Source: Phoronis australis (Eukaryota > Animalia > Phoronida). From it: a stretch of DNA of 64,000 nt. Position numbers and translations under genes: made by a program. The notes under the pieces were generated by a model. The model was not told the origin of the DNA. It ran no database searches and saw nothing but the letters and a program-made list of their open reading frames with translations. This document shows, piece by piece, positions 51,860-64,000 of this stretch (its first letter is position 1; each line of letters opens with the position of its first letter). Location of the stretch: positions 257,481-321,480 of the forward strand of contig NMRA01000502.1 in the NCBI GenBank assembly GCA_002633005.1, read 5' to 3'.

Positions 51860-52229
51860 GCCGGTAGCATGAAACAATAAAAACTCAACTAAGTAGCCTG
51901 AATCTACCGCGCAATTGTGAACTTGCTAATTTAGTTCGATTACTAAGTCAACTTTTGGTTTTGTTGCAGGTGAAGAGTGAGCTTACCGAAAATTATACAT
52001 AGGGATATTTTCTTTAACGGCCCTAAGTTAAAGACGAAGTCCCTATTTATTTTCTTGCTTTCAGGACTCAGTTTTTAGTTATGTTACTAGAAAATTTCAT
52101 TAGTCAAAGTAGAGCTCATAATAAAAATGAAATTATGGAAAAAGATTACATCTGTGGGTAAAGAAAAGACACAAACAGGCAAACGATTTAGGGAACTTTT
52201 TTATTTGGGACTGTTTCATGCAACCCGGC
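51860..52229. mobile_element. Harbinger-like MITE nested in the 3.9-kb element
   Basis: ccggtagcatgaaaca / tgtttcatgcaacccgg inverted ends. Confidence 0.55.
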
Positions 52230-53810
52230 ACAGAAACCCCCAAGAATGTCAACCACGGTATACCATTGAGACTAGAGCTATATTAAATTTTCGAGGTACC
52301 AGCTAAAACTAATTTAAAACGAACAATAGTACCGAACTGAATACCGAACGACACGTGACAGGCAAATTGCACTCTGGTAACTAAGGCTGCGCCAGAAACC
52401 CAAAACTGACCCCACAAAATGAGCTGGCTGATACATTCGAGGAATCACAAAAACCAATTCCGTGTGATTCAATACATGCCACTGGTCACTTAACAGGCCC
52501 ATGACAGAAAAAATTCCCTCTGGCTTAGAGCCCACCAGAAACCTCCAAAAATGACAACCACGGCCGGTATGCCACTGAAAATTTGACGGAGATTAGATAT
52601 CCGAGGCATCAGTTACAACCGATTTAAAACAAACATTCGTGCCTCAATGAAAACTGGATGGTCGGTATGACAGACGAATTGTTCTCTGGAAAGGGTTCGC
52701 CAGATACTCAAAAACTACGCCCAAAAAGGAGCTAGCTGATATGTTCGAGTTACCACTAGAAACAAGTCCACATCCGTGATTGTGTATTATACATGCCTCT
52801 TGGTCAGTTGCTTTACCTATTGTTGAATGTCGAAATTTGTTCCGTCAGGATACGAAAGGAATGGAATAAAAATTAACAACTACAAGTGTCGTGTATCAAA
52901 CAAGTTATCTAATATATCACAGATTTTCAATAGAATTACGTGGTTGAGATTTCCGGGGGTGGCACGTACAACTCCAGAGTGGGTTTTTCCTGCCACAGGC
53001 CATTAGTAACATCTATTTGAATGAAACACGGTATGGAATTGTTAACTATGGTATCTCCAATATATGAGCTAGATTTTTTTGCTCGTCGCTTTTGAGTTTT
53101 TAGCCCTTTCCAGAGCACAATTTGTCTGCCATTTGCCATCCTGTGTTTTTTTTGCGGCATGATTGTCGGTTTTAAGTCAGCTTTAGTTGATACCTCAAAT
53201 ATCTAATTCAGCTTAAACTTTCAATGGAATACATGTACCATACATGTAGATGAGATTTTTTGTGATTTCTGGGGGTCACAACTTAGGATGTATTTTGTCT
53301 GTCATGGGACATTTAGTGATCAGTGACATGCATCGAATCACATGGAATTGTTTTTGTGGTACCTCGAATGTACGAGCTAGCGCATCTTTTAGAGGGGGAG
53401 CGTCATTTTTTGGTTTCTGGCGGACTCTTAGCAGAGTGCAATTTGTCTGTCAGGGGTCATTCGGCGTTCAGTGCGATACTAATTTTCGGTTCAAATCAGT
53501 TTTAGCTGATTCTTCGAATATGCTATCTGAAATTTTCAATGGCAAATCGTAGTTAAAAAATGGGGGGTTTCTAGTGGGTGCATCTCAGAGTTTATTTTGT
53601 CAGTCATGGAGCATTTAGTGACCAGTGACATGTATTGAATCAAATGGGATTGTTTTAGTGGTACCTCAAATGTATGAGCTAGATCATTTTTGGGGGATAC
53701 TTTGTGGTTTCTGCTGGAGCCATTCTAGGGGGAAATTTATCTGACATGGGTCACTATATTGTCTTTTTTAAATCAGTTCTGGCTGGCACCTCCAATATCT
53801 AATCTACATG
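52230..53810. repeat. Foldback array of about 300-bp units: two forward (52230-52800) facing about three reverse (53000-53810)
   Basis: Recurrent blocks ccagaaacc, gagctrgctgata..ttcga, atacatgccactggtcact and their reverse complements. ORFs 52314(-) and 53250/53323(+) share peptide segments. Confidence 0.7.
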
Positions 53811-56000
53811 TAGCTCAATTTTCGCCACCTTGTAAAATAACCAGGGATCACACCCGGAGTTCAGACAACAGCAGGCGTGCATTTCTGTACAGTGTATATA
53901 CTGAGGTGGACTCCAAGTGCTTCAATTGTCAGACATTGGTACCTAGTTCATTTATGTTACGGGCTCTGGGCTGTCGGTCTAGTAGTCAACTTGAGTTTTC
54001 AATTAAAATCCTGCCTTAGTTTTACTCTCAAAAATATCTATGCAAAACACAAGCTTGTGGAACTCCATGACAAATTACTAGAAATCGTTCCACAGACTGC
54101 CGGACTGCTATTGACAGTTCCAGCCAACCAATTCATGCTGTTTATGGGCGGTAATTGCTTACGTACAATGGTCACAATAGAGATTTTTTACAGCAAAGAT
54201 CAGCATTTATACACACATTAATACAAAACAAAGTGGGAAACGACAATGAAGGACTTCTGAGTCAACAGTCTGAACTTGTCCAGTAGGGTGTTTTGCTTGG
54301 CTGTTCTGATTAACTAAGGATACCGCAAAACCTCTTAGGATTTCAGAAAACATGAAAATGTGTCCTGCCAACCGAGAAATAGGCAGGATACCCAGGCTTC
54401 CATGCCCGTTCGCAGCTCGAGGCCTGACCAGACTTTTTGCCTCCCACGGACATGTTTCTTCACTGCCAGACTGATCAGCCTGGCTCGCGCACCTCATTCC
54501 CTGCGAGGCGGAAGGAGTGGCGGAACCGTGGAATGTGCTTCCGGAAGACAGGAATAACGTCAGCGAGAGAGGCATTTTGTGCGTGGGTATGGAGGTCTGG
54601 GTATGTTGTACTGTGGAATCATGTGCAGCGGAAGTGTAATAGCTTGTTACATTTCACAAGACTTTTTATACTCGAAGGTCCTGCATATACATGTAGGCTC
54701 ATGTGCCTAAGCTTCACTATTAGGCGAAGCCCAACAGCATGTTTTCTAATGCCGTCGTTGTGGTGAACATTTCCGTAGAGCAAAATTTAATATCGATTCA
54801 TAATGTTAAAATCATATCCATGTACTTCCAGAGTTGCTGATTGTTCTTGCTGTTGAACTTACTGTAAATATTCCACTGTCACAACTTACATTGTGACAAC
54901 TTGGACCGTTGTGACAATCTGAGCAAGAAGCCTTGATCAAAATTGTCACAATTTTCGAAGATGTGACAATTTAGAACGTTGTGGCAAGTTTTGCCTGCAC
55001 AGTGCACTCGTTACGAGTGTAGGTTTTGCAAGCGCCACTGTGCATGTACCTAGCATGCTTTAATCTAGGCGGTAAACCAACCCCTTAGCTGTTGATTACT
55101 GACAAATGTGAGTCCGCATGTCCTTGATAAAACAGGCTCCGGTGCATAGCAAATTGAGGGCAACCAAACGAGGTTATTTTGTAAACAAGCGTATAATGCT
55201 TTAAGGCGAATACCTTGCAACCGTCGTTGTGCAATGCATACTCGAATCCCAAAGTCACCAACAGAACACGACGAGAGTAAGCACCCGAACGGTGGTATCC
55301 ACATCAAAATGTAGTATACCGCATGTAAAAGTGTGTGAACATCCGCAATGAGGACACAAGGAACGCTTCTAGAGTCATCTTTTGACGAGTCATTTCTGAC
55401 ATGTGACGAGTCATCTCTGACTCTCTGACCCGTCAATGACGCGGTCGGCCAAGGTGACGCAATGAGCGTTTCTTAAGGAATTAAGGATACACGTCGTCAC
55501 AGCCGGCGACGATTGAAAGGTACTCACATACTGTATTTCAGTATGATTGAATGCAATGTGTGTTCTCAGAAGTTCCTGTTGGCCTTCCATGATATTGGAA
55601 CGCTACGCGAAGGATTGCTGCACGGCTTACGAAATTGTATATGAAAAATAGTCGGATCGGAGCTACCGCAAGGGGGCAAATTAGCAACTTTCGAAATAGC
55701 AGCACCATATCGAAATTCACTGACATGTCAGACGGCGATCAGGGTTCAAAGTACGCAACCTGCAGTTCCCATGTAATACAGATGGGAGATTTCAACTAAC
55801 TGGTACAAACAGCGTTTAAACATCTTTCCTGCAATTATAAAGGCGCCAAATGTCCTCTGCTTTACAATGGAATATACCAATGCCTTGCGAAAAAGGTAAA
55901 CCCTTTTAAATAACAATTGACGAGCAGGGACGTCCTGTTCCATGTATTTCCCACTGCGACGGTATATCCGAAACAAAGCCAGTGGCTACCGCTTACGTAA

Positions 56001-56121
56001 GCGCCGTTTCATGAAATTTCTTAAGACCAAAGTCCAGGCTCAAGTTTGGTCTTAAGACATTTTGGTCTTAAGGTAGATCAGTTTCAGTTAAGACAGCAAA
56101 AAGTTTCGTGAAATAGGCCCC
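56001..56121. mobile_element. Short Harbinger-like MITE
   Basis: gccgtttcatgaaa / tttcgtgaaataggccc, with internal cttaagaccaaa / tttggtcttaag inverted motifs. Confidence 0.6.
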
Positions 56122-57406
56122 AGACACAAAGACCAAACGGTGCCTTAACTCCTTTGAGTGTTCGACATAAGGAACAACGGGCTGAAAGCAGGAGATGGCA
56201 TCTCAAATATTGAAATAGAAATATAGACCTTTTTGACGACATCAGTGATTTGAGCTACAACTAAGAGGTCATAGTGGCTGAGAGTTGGGCTCCGTTTCGT
56301 AACAGTTTAAGTCTCAACTTTGACTGTTGCATGATGTCAACGGCATTGTTCAACAAAGAGAAGAGGAGAAAGTTTTTATCAAAAACAACTGAGAAGAAAA
56401 TGCAGGGAATAATTTCAAAAGAGAGGTCTTCTATTATGAACTCTGTCAAAGCGAACTTCACCATTATAAGTTTCTTGCCCTTTTCGCCCTACGTCGTTTC
56501 ACTAAAATTCTGCCAATTTTGTGTACTCATTTTTGACAATACAATTTTCGTTTTATCTTTTACTGCCAATTTCTTTTGTAGAAATACATATAAGAATTGT
56601 GTTATTTCACTAAAGATTCCTTTCGCCGTTCGTCACTCATTGGCTCACGCAAACTAACGAGTTTTACGAGATTCCAGAATGTATGTTTTAAGTAACTAAT
56701 GCATTTTGCAATTTGGACAATCAGTACTTCTACTCATTTTCGTGTCAGTGAAGTGGTTTCCTGTGTTCTTTAAACGCAATGGTTAAAGCAAAAAATTGTT
56801 GATATGTTCGCACAAGTTGTGAGTCAGTTAGGGAGTTGGTTTGCTGTATTGTGGAGTTACTCCAGTTAAGATTTGTAGCATCTATAAACATATGCCCAAC
56901 GACTCTGTTGCAAGCATTTTGTACAGGAACTCGAGCGTTTGAAGGTTTACATAGAGTCAATCTGGAGAATTCACGGATGTCTCCTCTTGAGGTACATACA
57001 CATGTAATTGTCAGGATGCGTAGCCTTAACTCTTTTCCCAAAGTTTACAAGACTCCGATTTTCCGTAGTCTGCCTGTGGCAGTTGCTCATTGCTAACGCT
57101 CAGTCAGTGTTCATGCAAAAGTACAAAGTCCAGTGACAAGTTTAGGACATCTTCATGTGGTAACCGCTCTTGCATGGGAATTTGTACTGCATAATTGAAA
57201 TTTTTGCAGCTCGGTGAAAGTATGACGAATAGTTTACAGAAGTCTTTTGAATCTCAAAAAATGTTATGATTCGTGTTATCAAGTCAAGGAATGAGTGAAA
57301 ATCGGGGACTTGCAACAAAAATATTCATTCTAAAAAAGTGAAAGTCTAAATGACCTTCAACACACAGAAATAAAAATTGACTCAGTGACAAGGTTGGGGC
57401 ACTTAC

Positions 57407-58317
57407 TGGAAATCTCCAAGTAAGATTCGATCCGAAATAGGTTCCTTTTTTCTTGGCTTGAGTGGTTTGGTGCACCAAAACAGATTTTTGAATCTGCTCA
57501 GTTTCGTAGACGCGGAATTTGTACTATGACCAGGTGACGCAGATGAACGATGTGACCGCTCGAAACTCCCTATTGAGTAGGAGATGGGCATCAGTTCTTG
57601 AATATCTACTAGCTGTGGAAATTTTGAAGAGGGTGAAATTGATTTTGCAAATTCGGGTCTAACCTGTTCGACCTTCCTGGTCATATTTTGCTCAGGCCGC
57701 ACATGATCCGTCGGGGAGGGGGGCATTAGAAAAACCCCTGGCTGCACCTGCTCTTTTGAAGTGAAAGGCTTGCATGTATCCTTGGTTTTATCAGTAGATT
57801 CTGAGTTAAATCTGGCATGAGACCTTCCAATGACTGCCTGCACGACAGCGGTCCCAAAGTCAAGTATACGGGTAAGTATGGTTGACCTGTGTTTAACTGG
57901 AGGTCCCGCTTCCTTACGGGAAGACTCAGATACGGTGTACGGTGCTAGTTGTCTGAAAATGTTAAACATTTCATCCAGGTTAAGCTCTTGACTTCCAGAT
58001 AAATCATCAAAGCATTGTCCTTTGATCACTTGAATATCACAAATATCCTTTGCTCTTAGACGATTGGCGAATACGGTCCCACGATCTGCCTTGGCATCAT
58101 CTGGAAATGCTCTGTGTGGTCTTTGTGCATTTACTCCGATATGTTGCAAGTTGACTGAAACACTATTAGACCTTGACATTTTCGTAATTACCAAACACTT
58201 ACGTTGTGGGGTAAGACTGGTAGGATGATAACTAACAGCTCTAGGTATACACGCATTTTTAAAGGAGCTGCCAGCGTCATTCTCCTCTCCATTTGCGTTA
58301 TTCTTTTTCTTTTCCAT
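57407..58317 (-). CDS. Large Ser/Pro/Lys-rich exon, possibly the N-terminal extension of the kinase gene
   Basis: About 300-codon ORF (first ATG 'MEKKK' at 58317) ending at a perfect donor CA|GTAAGT (57407/57406). Phase 2 is compatible with acceptors at 55064 and 51053. Confidence 0.6.
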
Positions 58318-60745
58318 CGTTCTTTGATTTAGGTTGACATCAAGCTGCAAAGCCCTTTTTCACTGAAATCAAAGTGAATTCTAAGTTGCATGTTTTGCAG
58401 CCAGAGTGTAGAAATGTATACATGTAAGACCGCCTGTTGTTGGACTGTAATATGTCGCAATATCGCAATTACAACGCGATATGTTGCAGTTTGATCCTCC
58501 GACTAAAGAACAAATCAGCGGACATTTCATATTGGCGCTCTTTAAAGTAGTCACAGCGAGAAAGCGACTTACGCTTCATTCTGATTGCTGCAGTGGTTTA
58601 TTAATGTAAAAAGAGAGGAACAAATATCCCTCTTAGCACCTTCCTTTTTCCATTTCTGCTGAACAGGACAATTACGTGGCAGTTAATTGGTGTTTGTGTG
58701 GTGACATCGGACACTATGTTTCAGAAGTCTGGTAGCCCAGAAAGCGGAAAATCATCTGACCTCTCAGAAACAAAGGACACGTTCATGCTGTCAATATATC
58801 GTGCCTAGTCTTCGCAACACATCGGCAACCGCTTTGAAATTGTTTCCAACATTTGAGAAGAAAATTGTCATGGTGTCATCAGTACTTAAAACAAAACAAA
58901 ACTTCATAATGGCAGGAAATATGGGAGATGTTATATGATCACCTAAGTGTGTCTATGTTAAAGCCACATATTGTGATAACTGGGTCAAGTTGAAGTCTCC
59001 AGTTGGAGCAGAGAGAGCCGGAAATGAAATAATCCATCACTTAGTACACTTTTTAACCATTGCCTACAGTAAAACCTCCATCACCATTGAACAGAAACAA
59101 TTCCCAAAATTACCTTTTTTGTTTTTCATGAAAGTCTTCTCACATTGTAGTGAATGTCCACAGTTTTCAAAAGACTTTCTGGTGGTACAAAACTTGAACA
59201 TCATGGTTAAAGCAAGAAGATTTGTTGCCACATGTTTTTATGAAAAAAATGAGTAAATAAAACTTCACTTGTCCACTATGTAATGTCCTGATAAGATTTT
59301 ATCAGCGTCCTATTTAAAGCAGCTACAAACCCACCTTCCATAACAAAAAAGCAACTTTGAAAAGATGGTGCTGCCTGACGATTTTAACGCTGGCCCTTGT
59401 TATTTTTTATTTTGGTTCCTTGTTTCGCCAGTAAAGAACTAAATTTGATCCTGGATCTGTTTGATTTAATTTACGTAATTTGTCTAGCGTTTTTAATTTA
59501 ATGTGCCAGTGAACATCGTTTTTTATTTGAGGTCCTTAGCGATAAATTGACACGTGATTGATGAGAAGCGCCATCTGTTTATGGTAAAGGTTTTGGATGA
59601 GCGGGTACCTTTTGCATCGCAACTGTATACTGTCCTACTCAAGATATGTTAAATGACTTATTAACAAAACCTCTGTCTCGAGATTGCTTCTTATCACTGC
59701 GTAAAATGCTAGGTGTAGGTTGAAAGTGGCAATGAGTTGGAACATAGTACCGTGCTTGTTACTTTGTTTGTATGTTAAGTTATAAGCCTTGTATTTAAAA
59801 CACTGCAACTACGTGGGAGAGTTGTAGTTGTATGGTAGGCCCTAGTTTTGTGTTTTCGAGCTGTATCCCCTGTATACAGTTGTCTTCCCTGCTCCCATGC
59901 TACTGGTTTATTACGCAAGATGCATTTATTGTTCCTGTCTGTCTGTTGTGTTCCTTGCCACGTAGCATTCAATAAAATCTCTGAACTCGAGCTCTCGACT
60001 ATATCAGACATCGACATATACATATGAGGATGTTTCAGTTCAAAGTACATACAGTGTACAGAGTGTGGCGGTAACTATAAGCAAGGTACACTTACGTGTG
60101 AGATGGTTTTTAAAAGTCAACGATTCGTTACTTCAGAAAATTTGACCTATCGACTATAGCTTCCATTTTCGAAGGTGTGCTGATCATTCCTTCGAAGTGT
60201 CATGTTTGAACCCCCTGTTCAGCACAATTTCAATCAGGTTTTACACAGCTGCCAGTACGACAGTATTGATAATTTACAAGACTTGTTGTTATCGAGTGAT
60301 ATGAAGTTATTGGATTTAAGAGATTTCTCTAAATAAATATTAAATAAATACTATTTACGTTTCACTGCAAACATTGACATCTGATAAGAAAATTATATAG
60401 TATGTATGAACACACAGTCGGGACCAACTATTTGAAAACGTCACGAACAATTAAAAAACCTCCGAGTGAGAACGGGATAAAACACAATGACTAATTGACC
60501 ATCGAGAGATTATAATTAAATTAAAAGGTTCTGGTGATAGGAACTCGTCATGAGAGAAGAGTCGAGAAAACGAAAAGCGATGCTCACTTTGTCAAAGATT
60601 TTGCCTTCGAATATAGGCCCATGCACCTAAATGCGGTCATGCAGGGCACTCTGTCATAATAGCATATGAACTAAATACAGTCTACAATGCAGCTGCACAT
60701 ATGCCTATAAGCTGGACGTACAAGTTTGTTGCCTCTGGGCGTTTC

Positions 60746-60997
60746 TTATCTGTGTTCTGCCATAAACACAGTACACAACTCATAGAAGTCGTCATCACAA
60801 GGACGCTCAGATTTAAAGGTATTATTTTGTTGGCAGGCTAAAACTTTTTGTTCGTCTAGAGCACAAAGACAATATCTTGCCACATACGTTTCAGGAAGAG
60901 CGTACATCAAAAATGGCCTCCCATGATTCAAGTACATATTTCTGTATCGCCACCTGTTGTTAGTATTCCACAGCTGATACAATTTGTCAATTTCCTT
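60746..60997 (-). CDS. Terminal exon of an unidentified gene
   Basis: Strong acceptor gttgttattttgcag|AAG, followed by an 83-codon open frame KEIDKLYQLW...NHGRPFLMYALPE...ELCTVFMAEHR*. Confidence 0.5.
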   Translation of the reverse strand, partial: KEIDKLYQLWNTNNRWRYRNMYLNHGRPFLMYALPETYVARYCLCALDEQKVLACQQNNTFKSERPCDDDFYELCTVFMAEHR

Positions 60998-61879
60998 CTG
61001 CAAAATAACAACACCAAAATAGTTTTGTAACTACTAAACAATCTCATTTTCCCAACAAAAATTTATGTCTGGAACAGCAACGTTTTTACAGGGCCGAATC
61101 ACTGGCTGCTCACCCCAACGGTTACTTAGTGGCGTACATGTAAATGTGAAGATAAGATTTCAAGGGAAACTGTAAGACAGGCATTATCACTCTTCTTGGA
61201 AAATAGTTACAAATAAATATATTTTGCAAAACGATTATAAGGTTTTACGAATTGCAGCTTTAAATATGACACCAATCGTGTACTCTAGTCCTATACGTTT
61301 TTTGTTCAGTAATGCGAAGCTAATCAACGATAAATCTAAAAGATGTAACAGGTTCAGTGAGCGAGCAGATCTGTATTATTACTGTAAGTTGAAGGTCTGT
61401 TGCAAGAAAAGTCACCAAACAGTTTTAAATTAATTTTGTCATCAAACTTAAGTAGATTCATACACTGAACAAAATCGCCAAAAACAAGTCGCAATTGACC
61501 TATCCCCAGGATTATGACTGAAGGCTTAACTGACCAATCAAAACACAGGATCCTTGACCCACCTTCGTCTGTGTTTCCAAGCCGTCATTTTACCAGACAA
61601 ACAACACATTGTCTGTAAAGCTTATTCTAGTCTATAGCTCAAGAAAAAGTGCAACAAGAATAGTGAAACGGTGTTGATATGACGTGTGTAATTCCGACAG
61701 GCGTTACACAGCTCGAGAAGAATATCCCGTAACTTTTTTGGCATTTGATCCCTAAAAAGTGATGTCGGCTGTGTAAATGATGGATAAAACTGTGTGGACG
61801 GCCACACGAGCAGACAAACTTGACCGTTGTTGCTGGATTACTTGAAGCATTTGCGCAAACTGAACCACGGTTGTAGATG

Positions 61880-62245
61880 CGCATAGCACCGAATGGGGGG
61901 AGGTCGGGAGGGGGGTTTGCCCCCCTCCCGCCCGGGAAATTTTTCTGTTTTTACCTCTAAAAATCAAGCGTTTTCCTTGATTCCTGAAGTATTATCCAAG
62001 AAAAAAAAAAAAAAAAAAAACACGGAGAACGTGTCAAACAGGAAAAACTGCAAGTACCAAAGACTCGAACTCACGACCTGGCGGATAGAGCGAGAGTGTG
62101 TTACCACTACACCACCACGATTTAACTACATCTCTCATACTAAAAGACTTACTTGTTTATGGGCCACAGCGTTTGCGCGCGTAACCTACTTCTTTTTGTA
62201 ATGCTTATTATACGTTTTATATTTTGTGCCATCAATTCTTAACAA
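61880..62245 (-). repeat. Member of the composite repeat family seen at 11750-12430
   Basis: Reverse complement shares 'gcacaaaatataaaacgtayaataagcattacaa', the A/B-box segment and 'ttttagagg.aaaaaca.aa..tttccc..gggcgg'. Confidence 0.7.
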
Positions 62246-63361
62246 ATTTGTCGTATTTGAAATAGTCTTCAAATGCCCAAAAGACCAAATCCATTTTTCG
62301 TGTTGGCAATAATGACGGGATTGCTTTGGAAACCGTCTTAAGATAAGGTTTGACAAAGAGAGTATTGCGAGTTTCTGAGTGATTCACTAAGGCTTCGATT
62401 AAAATTCACATCTTACAAGCAGCTTCTGTTTTTTCATCGTCACTCAGGTTCCATTTTCTTTAAAAAATGAAGTAAATTTTCTTCATTGTACAGTGGAGCA
62501 GACGACAGAAACGGAGTCGTAGTGCGCAGCGCCTCTGACGGTCGCCTGGGATGTCGCGGGAGAGCCTATATACTTAACCATAGTTCCGTTACGAATGCGC
62601 CGTGTTCCGAATTGGACACTTGAAATTGGATTTGAGCCCCCCCCCCAACACTAAAACTGCACACATTTAAATCTTTTTTCATCTGTATTATTTTAATTAC
62701 CGGGGTTTATTGATAAACTCAACATTTCCCTACGCGCTTACTGTTTTATTTTTTGCGGCAGCCAAAGGGGGGNGCCTATGTTAAACACATACTTTTCAGT
62801 TTGGTGGCTATAGGTCCTAGTATAGGCCTATCTGATTTTGACTCCGGATTTCACTCGTCTGGACGCCTTTGTCTAGGCATTTGCTGGATCTCAGCACTAG
62901 TAGCCACCGGTAGTCCCCGAAAATTGTTGTTTTAAAGGACATTAATTTTTTATTATTTTTCATTTATTTCGACCTATAACGGGCATAATTCTGTTTCGTT
63001 GCAGAGGCACATTTGTGTTATTCATATACCCGTAGGCTGGCGTTCAACTGAACTTCTCAGCAAAATTTACAGATTCGATCGGCACATGCAGGTAGGGGCA
63101 CTACTATACTCAAAGCCCCGTTCGAGCTGCTGTCACGAAAAAACCAGTTGAATTAGTTTTTGTTCAGAACCTTTACAGTAGTGTACACTACGCCTACAGA
63201 GTTAGGGAGAGCTCATTTTGTAGTTGTTCAAACATGATACTTGGATTTACGAAGCTTTAAAAACAATTTCAGTCATTTTTATCAATGGCCACTTTTTGCC
63301 ACTACACCAGACTTGTCATATTTAGTTACCATATTACAGCTTAGTGATCATGAAAACTTAC

Positions 63362-63376
63362 CTTATTGTAATGAAA
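63362..63376 (-). CDS. Candidate 15-nt micro-exon (FHYNK)
   Basis: catattttttgtag|TTTCATTACAATAAG|gtaagt, phase 0-0, compatible with the phase-0 acceptor at 60997. Confidence 0.4.
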
Positions 63377-64000
63377 CTACAAAAAATATGAAGTTCAACA
63401 GAAGGTTGGCCTAATTTAAATGTCTTTATGATGCACTGAATTACGGCCGATTCCATGCACTAATTTGACTTGGACACAGACCTACACCTACCGGAGCTAA
63501 CTGTTTGCCTAGGATAAGATGAGTATGTGCCTGAGCTATGAACCTGGTTTTTTAATCAAAATATTTCGCTAGAAGATTAGAAAAGTATAAACATTGCTAT
63601 CGGATAATCCCATCAGTTGTGACCTAATTTTCATTTGGCGGAATTTAGCATACGGCTGAAAAATATTGACGAATCTTCACTGATTTTGTTCGAGATATCC
63701 TGAAATCTATGGCACTGTACAGATAATTCAACTTTAAGATACATGCTCAGCTTTACATGAACATATCGCATCTGTGGCCTTGTCAGTTTTCAAGTGAAGG
63801 TGAACCCCGTGTTGAGTTCTTCGGATTTTCGCTGGCTCCGAAATACTTTTCCTCGAATACTTATTTTTTCGTCGTTGCCTTTACAAATTCCCAAATCATG
63901 AACGTACGATTCTCAACTGAAAAGGATCGCCTGTTGTCTTTGTCGAAGTGTTTTCGGAGAGTGCAAAAACACTCATCGATTCCACTAGGAACCATAACGC

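Larger units (their letters stand above)
51124..55008. mobile_element. About 3.9-kb non-autonomous TIR transposon with subterminal repeats (CACTG/EnSpm-like architecture)
   Basis: TIR agtgcactgtg / cacagtgcact, flanked by cgt on both sides (51121-23 and 55009-11). About 130-bp imperfect inverted ends with repeated ttgtgacaa-like motifs and shared 'acaacggtccaa'. Confidence 0.7.

Noticed and set aside
55065-55436. Independent 123-aa gene or additional kinase exon
   Set aside because: No recognisable domain, partly a short tandem repeat, and splice support is weak.

Overview
This is a eukaryotic window, not a prokaryotic one. It is AT-rich, has spliceosomal GT-AG introns and four N-gaps, and is rich in TACATGTA; it is most likely a draft assembly of a marine invertebrate (inference). 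Host genes: the large terminal exon of a Patched-domain (PTCHD3-like) gene (+, 3044-4356); an intronless, multiply disrupted SGNH/PC-esterase-like pseudogene (-, 14870-15879); an intronless sulfotransferase-like gene with one frameshift (-, 35193-36499); a multi-exon, divergent protein kinase gene (-, about 47622-58350); and the 3' exon(s) of an unidentified gene (-, 60746-63376). Most of the rest is a nested transposon landscape: Kolobok-like THAP elements, an Academ element inserted in one of them, a Ginger/GIN-like element, several decayed LINEs, a probable solo LTR and many MITEs. Three tandem near-identical duplications sit at contig joins and are probably uncollapsed haplotypes. The most intriguing structure is a pair of long inverted repeats (24557/25395 to 37144) that brackets the sulfotransferase-like gene, suggesting a Pack-type gene-capturing DNA transposon; its left repeat was later split by the Ginger element. 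No CRISPR array, rRNA or genuine tRNA gene was found. All family assignments come from motif recognition by eye, not database searches.
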